Below are positions 35,471-47,592 of a stretch of 64,000 bases of DNA, in pieces. The position numbers and the translations under genes were made by a program. The first letter of the stretch is position 1. Every line of letters begins with the position of its first letter. The notes beneath the pieces were generated by a model. The model had not been told where the DNA came from. It saw only the letters and a list, made by a program, of their open reading frames with translations, and made no database searches. Source of the stretch: Orbicella franksi (taxonomy: Eukaryota); contig OZ116707.1 in assembly GCA_964199315.1 (NCBI GenBank), positions 7,254,001 to 7,318,000 of the forward strand, given 5' to 3'.

Positions 35471-37871
35471 ACATTGCATGTAAAGTGATGGACTAGCATT
35501 TCAATGTTTCTGGCATACTATTTCAGGAGCCATTGTGATGAAATCTGATCAGGTGTAAATGTAAATTCTGGAAATGATTATCCATATCAGACAAAAAACT
35601 CTTAAGTTTAATATTTATATTTGATAAAATGCAATTATAATACACTGCTGTCAACTGCTGCCTTTTTTGCAGACAATGGACCCCACTACCACAACACAGC
35701 TGTGTTGTATCTGGCAGAGGTGAATTTGTCTCTCAACATCAAATTATTAGAGTACAATAACTTTGAAACTGGGGAAGGAAAGACAGTCCTTGACACCCAC
35801 TTTGCCCATGTTTCACATAAAATAGTACGTTGGGTTCGTGTGGGCAATGACTTGGATTCAGGAGAGCAACTAGCAAATCTCTTGGAGGTATTTAGAAATT
35901 AAATTCTAACTGAATCATAATTTGGGGTACATATAGCCTTGAATAAGTCTCACCACTTTTTCTTACAGTGCTCAAAAGTTCAAAGCTAGAGGAGTGTGTT
36001 TTTTTTAAGTTTGTGTATTCAAGCTAAGTTTGTAAATTAAGGTTCCCATTACTCTTTTTTTCCAGTTAACCACTTGGCCATCATAGACACTACTATCAAT
36101 ATTTTCTTTGTAATAAACCTGTTTAACAAACAATTAACGTGATAGAAGTCGAGGCAACAAGAGATAAAACCTTGCACGCCAAACTATAATATTTCCAATA
36201 ACAAATGTAGTCATAACAGATGTATAGAGAACAGTATGGACAAAGGGGTAGCTAACAGAAGAAACTTGTCTTTTTGCTTTAGACCATGAAGAATGTGAGA
36301 TGCAAAAAACTGCTGATTGATCGATCAAAGGCTCCAGGCAGGATTGGAACTCTTAAAAACATCTCACTTTTTGGAAGTTTCAAGTTTCCTTGTAATGGAC
36401 TAAATGCTGGTGGTATTGTGGCACAATCTTTGGCTGGTCAAGGAAAAACTCTGAGGAAAACTAAGGCACAAGTCCAGACTCTTTCAATGCGAAGCGTGCC
36501 AATAGCTAGAGCCACAGGTGCTACTGTGATGGAAGACATGTGGCAACAATCAGACCAAACAGTGGATGTGAATACAAATTCTCAAAGTGATTCATACTCT
36601 GTACAGTTCATTCAGCTCTCTACAGCTACCCCTGAGGAATTAGTCCTTGTACCTCAAAATGAAGCTTCAGTCAATGATGACCTAAGGCCTGCACCTGGAT
36701 TTGCCCTGAAAAAAGGTGGTGCAAAGAAAACCACATTCACTAACGAACAAAAAGAAATGATTCAGTTCTACAGTACTGTGCAAAAAGAATGCAAACGAAT
36801 TTCCTTGAAATTCGGCTATTGTTCCCGCGAAATATCGTAGAAATTTCGAGCGAAGAATCGTGATTTATCGGGCGATATTTCGAAGAAAATTCGTTGAGCG
36901 ACACGAAAATTCGCTAATCTAAGAACGGTATTTCGATGAGATTTCACCAGAAATGAAACGAAAATTCGCGTAGCTAAACGAAAAATCACAATCCCGAAAC
37001 AATATTTCATTGAGTGTCGGTAAGCGTATGGTATTTATGAATGAATGGAACTGACAACTGTACACACAGCCCTTCGATGACCTTCAAAACAATTAAGCTT
37101 AAGCAATTAAGCTGAGTGTCAACACAACCCGAATGAAACTATTCAAAAGAATTCACAAGATATTTCAAACCTACAAGCTTAACGTTTATTCGATCAATAG
37201 TTTGTGTATGAAGAGATACGACAGTGTGATGCTCTTACCAGTTTGACTGTCAATAACGTTCTATCTAAGCTTACATTCTCCTCTGTCGTGAAGTCCTTCG
37301 ACTTTCCTTTGCCGTTCATCATTCACAAACAACTCAACATGTCGAGTCTCCTGTCGAGGCATGGTGTTGACCTCCACTGCCGTAAAATGAATGCCTAGCG
37401 TGCGCCGGTAACGTCAAGAAATGCGCCCTCTAATTCCCTCATGGACTGACGCCATTTTGGATTTCATTCCATTGTTTGCCCTCCATATAAGGAAGGTAGG
37501 TCCCAGTCTTCAGTGAGTTGTGTGTGTGTTTGTAACAGGCGAACGAGACGTACATGTATTGGGATGAAACAAAAACTTAACTTTTCCAGTTCAGACGTCT
37601 TTAAGTGTACACTAGTTCATGTCTACGAGCTATTTAATTTAAAAGGGGGTTTTATGTAGGTGATGAAAGGCAAGTTATTGGTTATAATCATTCAAAGTAG
37701 TCGCTTTGTGAGTCACTGCGCGAGTGAAAGTGCACAAAAGAAACCGCTTTTTGAAGTTTCTGTTTGCATGAAGATAAATTGTCTACATTCTTCGGCTTTT
37801 TCTTTGCCGAGTAAAGTTTTATCAAAAAATGGTTAAATTGTGATACAAACTAAACACAGGGTTGAGACGGC

Positions 37872-37975
37872 ATTACCGCATTGTATTGACGGCTAGTTGG
37901 GAGAAAATATATCCTGGCGGGGCCCAACAGGAGAATATATTTTCTACCAACTAGCCGTCAATATAATGCGGTAAT
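37872..37975. repeat. ~104-bp near-perfect hairpin inside the Tc1
   Basis: ATTACCGCATTGTATTGACGGCTAGTTGGGAGAAAATATATCCTG / CAGGAGAATATATTTTCTACCAACTAGCCGTCAATATAATGCGGTAAT. Confidence 0.85.
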
Positions 37976-38320
37976 TACATTATAATGACGAAACATGGAT
38001 TTTAATCTTGTCTATTTATTGCCAAATACAAATACAAGAATAGAACAGCAAAAGTGAAAAAAAAAGATTCCCAAACCTAGATCTATAGAAACATTGTGCC
38101 TATTGTTGAGAGGTAAAAAAAATGCCTAAGCTTGTCTATTTTTATTTCTGGTGTTTTGGCATCTCTTGCCGATGCTAACTTTGCAAGTTTCCCACATCCT
38201 GTTCAGCTCCTCAGAATTTCGGCACTGGTATCCGAATGTCTGCACAACTTCCGCTGGAAAAAAAGAGAAACTATGAATAAGTTTTGTGAAAATTCTCCAT
38301 CCTTAACCATCCTTGAACTT

Positions 38321-39329
38321 TTAGTACTTGGTTGCTGCTCCATGTAATTCAACCACAGCTGGAATGGCTTTGTACAAGACATGGTCAATATATCTCGCAC
38401 ATTTCGTTGCATCCACCTTCTTCCTCCAAAACTTCTTAATGCCGTCGATCAGTTCCTGTTTTGAGCGGGGCTTGACCTTTGTTTCCAGGTAGTATTTCAG
38501 CTCGTGCCAGAGGTTCTCAATTGGGTTTAGGTCTGGGCTCTCCGGGGGGGTTGGCCACCAGTTGATCCCATTCTCCTCAAAGAACATTTTGGCTGCTCAT
38601 GAAGTGTGCTTAGGGTCATTGTCCTGCATGAAGCGGTGATCCGGGAGCTGCGCATTGATGAAAGGCACCAGATGGCTTTTAAGGATATCGCAGTAAAGGT
38701 CAGCAGCCATGATTCCTTCGAAGATGCAAATTTTCATCCCATCTTGTCTGCTTATTCCAGCCCAAACGTGTAATTTCAGCGGGTGCTTCGGTTTAGGCTT
38801 TCTTCTTGCAGGTTCGCCGACTTTCCTGTAACATGTACGGCAAAATTGTTCAAGGGAGACTGAGCATTCATCAGTAAAAATGACGTTGTCAAAAGTATCG
38901 CCGGTCTCTAAAACTTTCTGGGCAAACTCTAAGCGTTTGACTTTGTTCACATCTCTAATCAGCTGACAGTATCTCGTTCGTTGAAGAGTCCAGCCCTGCT
39001 ATTTTCGGGATCTCCACACTGTTGATGGATGGACCACGACTCCACGTCTGGCTAACTTCTCTTGGATCGCGCGGCTGGTTGTTTCATCATCCTTCCGCAT
39101 CTGATCTTCTATAAATGCTCTGGCTTCAGCATTTAACTTTCTGGGTCTTCCAGTACTCATTCCTTTCTTCGTGGATCCCGTGAGTTTCAGTTTCTTGATT
39201 ATACGCGTGACCGTTGTGAAACTGACTTTCAAATCTTCTCCTTTTAACACCTTAAACATCTCCACTGGATGAAGATTTTGTCGATAGAGACTCAATTCGA
39301 GTACGCGTGTAGTTTGATACGGTGGGCAT
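38321..39329 (-). pseudogene. Tc1 DD34E transposase with two in-frame stops and a 5' frameshift
   Basis: GRPRKL, VIFTDE, LHVWAGIS, FMQDNDPKH, SPDLNPIE (34 residues between the second D and E). Confidence 0.93.
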
Positions 39330-40364
39330 GATTGCTCAGGAGTAACTGACGATCGATCTTTGAATGTATGGATATAAACAATGGTTGCCATGTTTACGCG
39401 ACCATTTGCATCACACTGTGAGCATGGAGATGAAGTCTCAGGAGAGTTAATGAACTGGGTAAGTTTGAATTTTTAAATACAGAGGGATGTTTACATCTGT
39501 TTTCAAACATTGTTCATAGAGTGAATTTTCGTGCGACTTTTCGCCGCGCTGCGAACTCTTTCTCTTGAAAGTTCGTTACTTTCAACAATATTTCGCGTGA
39601 ATATTCACGCGGTCTTGCGAAGAAGAGCCTGAATTATCGTTTTGATTAAAACAATAGACCTTTCGAAAATTCGTCGAACTTCGTACGAAAAATCGTTTCA
39701 CTCGAAATTTCTTTAAATTTCATCGAAAAGCACTGAAAAGTCGCGAAAAGTAGCGAATTTCGTTTGCATTCTTTTTGCACAGTACTGTATGAGCGCCAAA
39801 GGTCATCTCAGATAAGGGCCAATCCAGCAGATGTTATCAAAGCTATGAAGGATGCAGGTGTTCCTGAGCTGAAAGAAGCTCAAATCAAAAGCTGGTGGAG
39901 CAGGTACCACCGTAAACAGAAGCAGTTGGTGGATGATATGATGGAGGAAGCTCATCAACTGAGATCTCAACAGCAAGGTACTTTTGCATGAACAACCGTT
40001 ATCACAAGGATCCCACTCTGTTGTGAAAGGAAGATAAACCAGCTGCCTTCAGCTTGTTTACCTGCCTATAATATTCATATGATTTTATTGACTACTGTAG
40101 TTTAATACGTGTAGCTTACTCAAGGCAAATGACCAGCCCCGTGTCTCCCATGGCCAAACCAAGTAAATTAGACTTAGGTGTATGTGAAGATGTGGCAGTT
40201 TAGACGAAAAGATGGTTTGGAGGGCATACTGTTGTGGTGGACCCAGCTTAATTGGTGGATGTTGCCATCCCATGAGAAAAATCACTTTCCAAAGGATATG
40301 TGTTTTAAATTTGGCAACTACTATTTTATCTTGTGATTTAGTGTCATGTTTTGGATAACATTTC

Positions 40365-40507
40365 AACCTCGGGCGCTATATAAACAATAGCCTCCATTTG
40401 GCACAAAAATATGCTAGGATATTTGTCCACAGACATTACCTGTTCTGAGAAGCGAACAGTTTTCCGAGAGTACCTCCAGGAAAACTGTGAGCTTCAAGGA
40501 ACAGATT

Positions 40508-40538
<31 letters not shown>

Positions 40539-40710
40539 TGCCCCAAATGGAGGCTATTGTGTTTACTATTCTTCAGATCTTTTTCGCAATGAACAGTTTT
40601 GAAAATTGGGAATATTCTCAGATATTCCCCAGTTTTAGCTGGGGAATATTTGGTCACATGACATGTTTAGACCAATCACACACGAGCAAACATCTTTGAT
40701 GGATTATAAC
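40365..40710. repeat. Palindromic-core dispersed repeat (long copy) in an intron
   Basis: Arms AAACAATAGCCTCCATTTGG...GGATATTTGTCC / GGACAAATATCC...CCAAATGGAGGCTATTG (40382-40564). A second copy lies at 42157. Confidence 0.75.
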
Positions 40711-42156
40711 GTTCCATATTCCTACCACCTGAAGGGCTCTATTTAATAGATGATGTAAATGAGTACTCTGCACTGTTCTGGTATATGCATTCAGTGTGCA
40801 TGTATATATAATTCGCTTGTTTGTCTGTTTTTATTAAAGGTGCTGGAGTCAGTGGAATGCCAAGAGCTACAGATTCCCTCCCTGATTTCTCGCCTGATCC
40901 TGTTTCTCAGCCTGCTATTCCAGACCCAACTGTACCACATTCAACACCAAATCCAACTATTTCAGATCGAGCTGTTGCAGTCCCTACAGCTGTTTCAGAC
41001 CAACCTGTTCAAGCTAGAGTGCCCCCTCAACCATGGATCAGAGCGTCCACCTCTTCAAATTTGACTGGGGTCACTGAATGGGGTTTCAGTGAGTCTCAAT
41101 CAGACATCCAGGGAAGGACTGGGAGCAATGCTTGTGTGTTCATTGCTCTGTATATGGGCAAGCTGTGTTTTGAGAACAATTTGGCATGGCCCTCCGGCAA
41201 CCTTCTTCCTGAGTCCTGGAAAACATCACTGAGAGAAGCACTGATCAGAGGAAACCAAACTCATGATGACCTGTTTGACCATGAGGGAATAAATGTGACT
41301 GTGGATGATGCAGTTTCCATGGCTGGGGAAGAATGTGGAGTGCAAAGATTGGGACCGCAGGTGGACATCTTTGGTATCAACCCAGTAAATCAGCTGGCAA
41401 ATTTGCTGATTCGAGAAGCCCAGAATTTGTCAAGATCGTTTAATGTAATTGTTTTGCATGAGGGTGCATTTCTTATTACTGTGAACTCTGAACAGTCTGC
41501 TATTATTATTGACTCACATTGCCACATCAACAAAGGAGCTATAATTGCATGTTGTCAGACGGGAAATATCCTTTCCCTGGCGTTGTGGATGGATGCCATG
41601 ATGAATGCAACTTGGCAGTGCTCGTTAACCATAGCTTTGATATCTAAAGTATTTTACTGAAAATATGCAAATCCCGTTGGAAATGATTTCTTAAGAGTAA
41701 TATAACAAAGCAAAAGAGTGGAGGGCGTGTATTGTATCCAACTTAACTTTTATTTTTCTTTGGTTTTAAACATAAACTTGTCATATCAATTGTTTGATAA
41801 AATGGTTCTTATTTGAAGTCAAATTTCATTGTTTTTTTATCGATAACTACTTGTTATTTGTACAGGAATAAACGTAAGATAACTACATTATTTTGCAATA
41901 CAACTAACGATAAAAAATCACGACCTATCGACCTTAATTAATCGTTGATTTTTGTTGTAAAATCAAACTCTAAAAAAATACTCGTCAAGAACTACGCTAT
42001 TGTGACAACAATAACATGAACATTTAAGTTGCAAATGGAAGAAAATTTCATATTTACTACACGAGGTCCACGTCATTTTTGCTCTCAGGGAAGCAGTGTC
42101 TTCGTAACTTTTTTCCGTTTATATCGCACAATCATAACATCGAGAATAAAATTAAT

Positions 42157-42322
42157 AAACAATAACCTGCATTTGGTTCGGAAATATGCTCGGATATTTG
42201 TCCGTGGGCATTATCTGTTGTGCAAAGCTCACAATTTTACTCAAACTATGCTCTCGGAAAAATGTTCGCATCTCGGGCAAATATCCAAGCATATTTTCAC
42301 GCCAAGTGGAGGCTTTTTGTTT
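42157..42322. repeat. Second, shorter copy of the 40382 palindromic repeat
   Basis: AAACAATAACCTGCATTTGG...GATATTTGTCC / GGGCAAATATCC...CCAAGTGGAGGCTTTTTGTTT. Confidence 0.7.
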
Positions 42323-42627
42323 ATATATGCTCACGAGAATGGCTCATGATCGAGTCTAAAACTAAGCTTGCATCTAAAAAGTAATTCAATTAAATTTTAG
42401 GGAAACCCTCAACATTTTATTAAGTTTTGCGATTTATAGGAAGAATGTTGGAATTCCTTAGTTCACAAGTAATCAAGACGGCAGGTGATAACGCCCTTTT
42501 GTAAGAAATCGTGCCGTTATTTGCTCACGCGCATGATTAAACGAGTTGCACGCGTGGAAAATTTGCTGGGCTGTGCACCCTTAAGTTCCCCTGACTTGAA
42601 AAAGATTGCGTCATGTTTTAACAATTT

Positions 42628-42981
42628 CTAGAAACGAAACTTGTGCAAAAGTGCAACAATCACTGCACGTATCTGATTATATCGCAGATCGGTTTCATCA
42701 AAGATCTGTCGAAGGGTTACTCCGGGACTTGTTAGACATTCCACCACACGGGCAAATTCCCCTTCAGATATTTCCATTTCCTTTAGGAGTCGATCGCACA
42801 TCGCACTGTCTCCTCGTCCCTAGGCAATCATGTCAATGGTGTATATTTCAGCTGTGGCTTCTGCCACTTGGAATTTTTGGGTGATCTCCCAAAAAGATTC
42901 TCCATTACACCATCTTTGAAACGCCGCCTCTTTTTTCAGAAAATTTGTTATTTTGCCATATACTTTCCTCAAGCTACTAGC
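42628..42981 (-). pseudogene. Terminal exon encoding a helical domain resembling the RecQ/WRN C-terminal HTH (HTH_40-like); one internal stop
   Basis: After the acceptor cttag|: ASSLRK...AAFQRWCNGESFWEITQKFQVAEATAEIYTIDMIA*G...GVTLRQIFDETDLRYNQIRAVIVALL*. Translated by hand. Confidence 0.45.
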
Positions 42982-43122
42982 CTAAGATTTAAAAGAAGAC
43001 AAAAGATATTAGTAAAACTGTGGCTTTGCTCATTACACATCCTAGATTGTCTACAGTGGTGAACAGTCGGTATCCGGTTAGTGCATACTAACGCTTACCA
43101 TGAATATAACATAAAAGGTTGT

Positions 43123-46100
43123 TGTGGTGTTTGCGGAACAAACAGAGACTGGATTTGACAACACAATGTTTTGATCCGCCATTTTAGATGGTCTCTTCTA
43201 TTCAAGCACATGGTCACTTCCAAATAAGGAAATACCATATATGGACATACACTACATCCCTCCCTAACTTAATAAAGAGCTCCACAAAGTCTAATAAAAA
43301 AAAACATATGAACTAATCTTGGCTCTTTCAGTTCAGTGTCTCAAAACAAATGAATAAAATGTCGACAATTGATACACGATAAACAGTCTTTAGAGTTCAG
43401 TCACTTTTGGCAAATAAAGTCCTTCATCCACTTAGGGCTCTCTCTTTTTATGACTGGACGACTATCTGGCTTTTCTGGAACTGCAGAAGGTACAGTTTGT
43501 CTTTGGGAATCCAGCTGAATTCCATCCATCGAATCTTGCTCGAAACTAGCTCCTTCTTTGGGTGTGTCAGTTGTTTTTGACGGAGCCGGGGGCTCAGTTC
43601 CTGAAGCACCTGGGTCTACAAACTTCTTCATGTGACCAGTATTCCTCATTTTACTTTGGCCAGAAGAATTCTCAATGATAACTGCATTTCCATTCTTCTC
43701 TACTACTCGATACGGCTCGAGCTCAAATGTTGGTGACAACTTGTTCTCGCGGTTCTGACGTAGCAGGATCATGTCGCCCTCTGCAATGTCACTTGTTGTG
43801 GCATGTCTCTTTGAGTCAGCATACTCTTTCTCTCTTCGCTTCCTGCGAGCATACCTTTCTCTGAGAAGAATTTGCCACTCTGCTTCAGTAGCCTGATCAC
43901 AAGGTTTAACCTGTGGCAACTTATCTCTTAACTTTCTGCCCATAAGGAGCTCAGCTGGAGATAGTGAAGTGACTGTATGGGGAGTGCTGCGATACTGGAA
44001 AAGAAAGTCTTGTACTTCTCTCTTCCAATCTTTGCCTTGTAGTTGTGCTATTTGGATTGCCTTCAGGAGGGTTTTGTTGAGCCTCTCTACTTCGCCATCA
44101 CTTTGAGGCCAATACGGGATGCCCTTCTTGTGATCAATCGATAAGTACTCGAGGAATCCTTCAAATTCTCGTGAAGCAAATGGTGGACCATTATCACTTC
44201 TGAGGGTTTCAGGCAAACCATGAGTGCGAAACATGCTCTCCATGCATTTGATCACATTTCCTGCATCTGTCTTGGTCAGAAAAGCTATTTCTGGCCACTT
44301 AGAATAATAGTCAACTACAACGAGCAAGTGTCCCTTCTTTGGAATCTCTAGTAAGTCCACAGCAATTTCACTCCATGGGCCTTGAGGCAGTGGTGTTGAC
44401 CTTATTGGTTCTGGCTTTGGTCTGGGTCCAACCAGCTGGCATGGGTAGCAGGCTCGGATTAACTTTTCAACTTGTTTGTCAAGGTCTGGCCACCATAGTT
44501 TCTCTCTTAATTGAGATTTCGTTCGCACCATCCCTTGGTGACCCTCATGAGCCAGTTGAATGGTCTGGTTTCACAACTTTTCTGGAATGACAACTTTGTT
44601 TCCTCTCATAACCAGCCGTCCCATTATCCAGAGTTCATTTCTAACAGCTTTGTAGGTTGTTCCTTGGAGTTTCGACCAATCACCAGAAGTTATGGCATGG
44701 CGAACCGGTTGCAGGGTAGGGTCTCGCTCTGATTCACTCTCAACTTGGCGGGGTGCTAATGCTGCAGGTATGGCATCAGCAACTATGCTGCGTGCATATT
44801 CTTCTGTCTGCTTGATGGCTGCATCAGGAGTACTATCTACTGGCAATCTGCTCAATGCGTCAGCGGTGTTTTCTCTGCCAGGGATGTGTCTGATGCTAAA
44901 CTTGAACTGCTGCATGTATAACAACCATCTTTCAATTCTGGCTGAAGGTGGTTTTGAATGTGGACCAAACACAGTGACCAGCGGCTTATGGTCAGTGCAA
45001 ATTTCGAACTCATTTCCATGGATGTACAGGAAGAACTTCTCACAGCCCCACTTCACTGCCAGTGCCTCCCTCTCAAACTGAGAATATCTGCTCTCAGGTG
45101 GAGTTAGTTTTCGGCTAGCATAGTGTACAGGTCTGTACAGGCCATCAGCTTGCTTTTGTTCCAAGACAGCTCCGATACCTACTGGTGAGGCGTCTGTGGT
45201 GACACGGGTCTCCGCTCCTTGTTTGAAGAATGCCATGACTGGTGCCTGCGTCAGCTGCATTTTGACTGCTTGGAAAGCCTTCTCTTCAGCAGTGCCCCAT
45301 TTCCATTTGGCATGTGATTTGGTTAGATCCCACAGTGGGCTGGCAATGATCGCGAAGCTTGGAATGAACCTTGAACAATATTGTGCCAAACCAAGGAAGC
45401 TTCGCAGCTCTGACTGGTCCTTTGGTCTTGGTGCTTGCACAATGGTTTCAACTTTGTCACCAGATACTTGTAATCCCTCGTCAGTTAGCACGTTACCAAG
45501 GTACTCCATGCTATTCACGCCGATCTGGCACTTTTCATAATTCAGTGTTAAGCCACTCTCTTCTAATTTCTTCATGACTTGATTCAACCTTTCGTCATGT
45601 TCTTCTTCAGAAGCGCCAACTACACGGATATCATCATGAATATTGTGAGCGCCAGGGCAATCTTTGAGTATCTGCCAGATGATGTGTTGGAACTTCTCAG
45701 TGGCCATATTGACACCAAATATCAGACGTTTGTAGCGGTAAAGACCATTAGGTCCTGCAAAAGTGGTAATGTCTCTTGACTCTGGAGCAAGTTCTACTTG
45801 GTGAAATGCCATGTTCAAATCTAACTTGGAGAACACTTTTGCCCCTGAAATTTCTTGCAGTGTCTCTTCAATGGTAGGCACAGGGTGTTTTTCTCTTAAT
45901 ATCACTCGATTGGCTTGTCTCATATCTAAACATATGCGAACATCACCATTTGGCTTTTCGACACTAACAAGGGGGTTAATCCAACTTGTTGGACAGTTCA
46001 CTTTCTCTATCACATCAAGCTTCTCAAGTTCCTCTAGTTTGTCAACAACCTTTTGTTTCCTGCTGAACGGAATTCTTCGCATAGCTTGAGCAACTGGGCT

Positions 46101-47592
46101 GACACTTTCATCTACATGCAGTTTTAATTGGAAATTTCTCAATTTTCCAAGACCAGTAAACACTTGAGGGTACTTTGCCTTAAGGGCAGCCTTCTTATCA
46201 GTAACATCTTTGAGTTGACAAGCGTTCACAGAAACACCCACTTTCAAGACACCTAATTCTTCAGAAGGGCTCCTGCCCAGCAATGTGTCTGTGGAGCCTG
46301 GCATTACGAAGAACTCAGCTTTCAACGACGTTTGTGTATTAGGTACACTAATGTTCAACATGCATTTTCCTCTAAGCTTTAACGGCTGCTGAGATGCATA
46401 AGCATAAACTTTCCTGTCAGTCTCTAACAACTCTAGCTTTCCATTGGACACTTTATCAAACACTTGCTCAGACATTAAGTTGCAGGTAGCACCTGAGTCT
46501 ATGATGACATTGACAGGTTCACTTTCAATCATAAGAGGTAAAGTGTTTGACTCACCATCTGAGGTGCTAAAGACATAGAATCCATCATCTTTACTGACTT
46601 CGCTTCCTTCCACGTCATCTTGGTCAGGCTGGTCGCCTATGGTTCGTACGCCTTCTCGTTTTCTTCCAGATTTGCCTCTTCCTTTGCCATGTTTATCCTG
46701 TTTCGTGTGACAACAGACCTCCATGTGCCCACGTTTTCCACATTTGCTGCAAGTATGGTTACGAGAAACTTTACAATCTTTCGCCATGTGACCTGTCTTA
46801 TCGCATCTCCAACATTTGCCTTGCCATGGCTGCTTGCTCTTCGCTCCTTTATCGCCCTTACTTCGGTCTTCCCAGGTACGATTCACAGTTTCTTCGCTTA
46901 CGAGAACCAAGGCATCCTTATGGTGATAGGTGCTCACGATTTCCAGAAGTCTGGTCAGACTAAGGTTTTCTTCGCGGTAGAATTTGCCCTTCAGTTCCTT
47001 ATTCGTGATATGCGAAATCACAATATCTCTCACCTGGTTATCTTCTTCTTCACCATAGTCACAGTGTTCCGCTAAACTTTTCAAACGCGTAACGAAGTTG
47101 TTGATCTTTTCGCCCGGATTCGGCTGGCTGGCAAGCAGTTTTTGTCTCGCTAGAGGTACGTTCTTCTTCACTTTGAAATGGTCCGAGAGACACTTCATCG
47201 CTTTATCGAACTCTTTGTTGTCTCCTCGCACTTCAGCTGAATACGTTTTGAAAATTTCACAGACTCCAGGTCCTGCGAGATGTAGAAGTAGAGCTCACTT
47301 TTGCACTTTGTCTTCAACCCCCGAAGCTGCCACAAATAGTTCGAACTCAGCTTTCCACTTGTCCCAGCGTTGAGCCAGTGTGGCTGGTTCCCCAATGCAG
47401 TCGAAGGGAGATATGCACAGTAATCCACTTAATGTGACCGCCATCCTCGTCGCCAAAATGTGGTGTTTGCGGAACAAACAGAGACTGGATTTGACAACAC
47501 AACGGTTTAATCCGCCATTTTAGATGGTCTCTTCTATTCAAGCACATGGTCACTTACAAATAAGGAAATACCATATATGGACATACACTACA
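43123..47592 (-). mobile_element. Full-length compact Ty3/Gypsy LTR retrotransposon (4470 bp)
   Basis: 134-bp LTRs at 47459-47592 and 43123-43256 (TG...CA, 4 mismatches); 5-bp TSD GTTGT; PBS TGGCGACGAGGATGG (47441-47455), complementary to the tRNA-Ser(GCU) 3' end; PPT AGGGAGGGA (43257-43265). Confidence 0.97.
43401..47444 (-). pseudogene. Single-frame gag-pol (2 CCHC knuckles, PR, RT, RNase H, IN) with two in-frame TGA stops
   Basis: CWRCDKTGHMAKDC, CSKCGKRGHMEVCC, IIDSGAT, NIHDDI, TDASPVGIGAVL, EREALA, ADALSR, HEGHQG...CYPC, SDNGPPF, GEVER. All in one frame; stops at 47295 and 44571. Confidence 0.95.

Larger units (their letters stand above)
36771..39787 (-). mobile_element. Tc1-family DNA transposon (3017 bp) inserted into the Sola3-like gene
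   Basis: Perfect 29-bp TIR CAGTACTGTGCAAAAAGAATGCAAACGAA at both ends; TA TSD at 36769-36770 and 39788-39789. Removing it restores MIQFY-ERQRSSQ. Confidence 0.95.
32564..41660 (+). pseudogene. Multi-exon Sola3-like DDD transposase with homeodomain-like HTH and C-terminal putative papain-like (C76-type) protease domain
   Basis: Exons ~32564-32767, 33013-33993, ~34220-34470, 34803-35100, 35673-35887, 36283-36770 + 39790-39977, 40840-41660; junction phases match where checked. Motifs VDYK(M)K...RE.Q..WYGKR, FSDNGPHYH and GEGKTVLDTHFA parallel Sola3 DWAMK...WFGKRG / DNAGCYH / GGKG.CD. TIRs not found. Confidence 0.65.

Noticed and set aside
42570-42592. GGGCTGTGCACCC|TTAA as the right TIR of the Sola3-like element
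   Set aside because: No convincing partner repeat upstream of 32564; may be the end of an unrelated TTAA-specific element.
44339-47373. Several plus-strand ORFs up to 151 aa
   Set aside because: Antisense shadows of the Gypsy gag-pol with no motifs.
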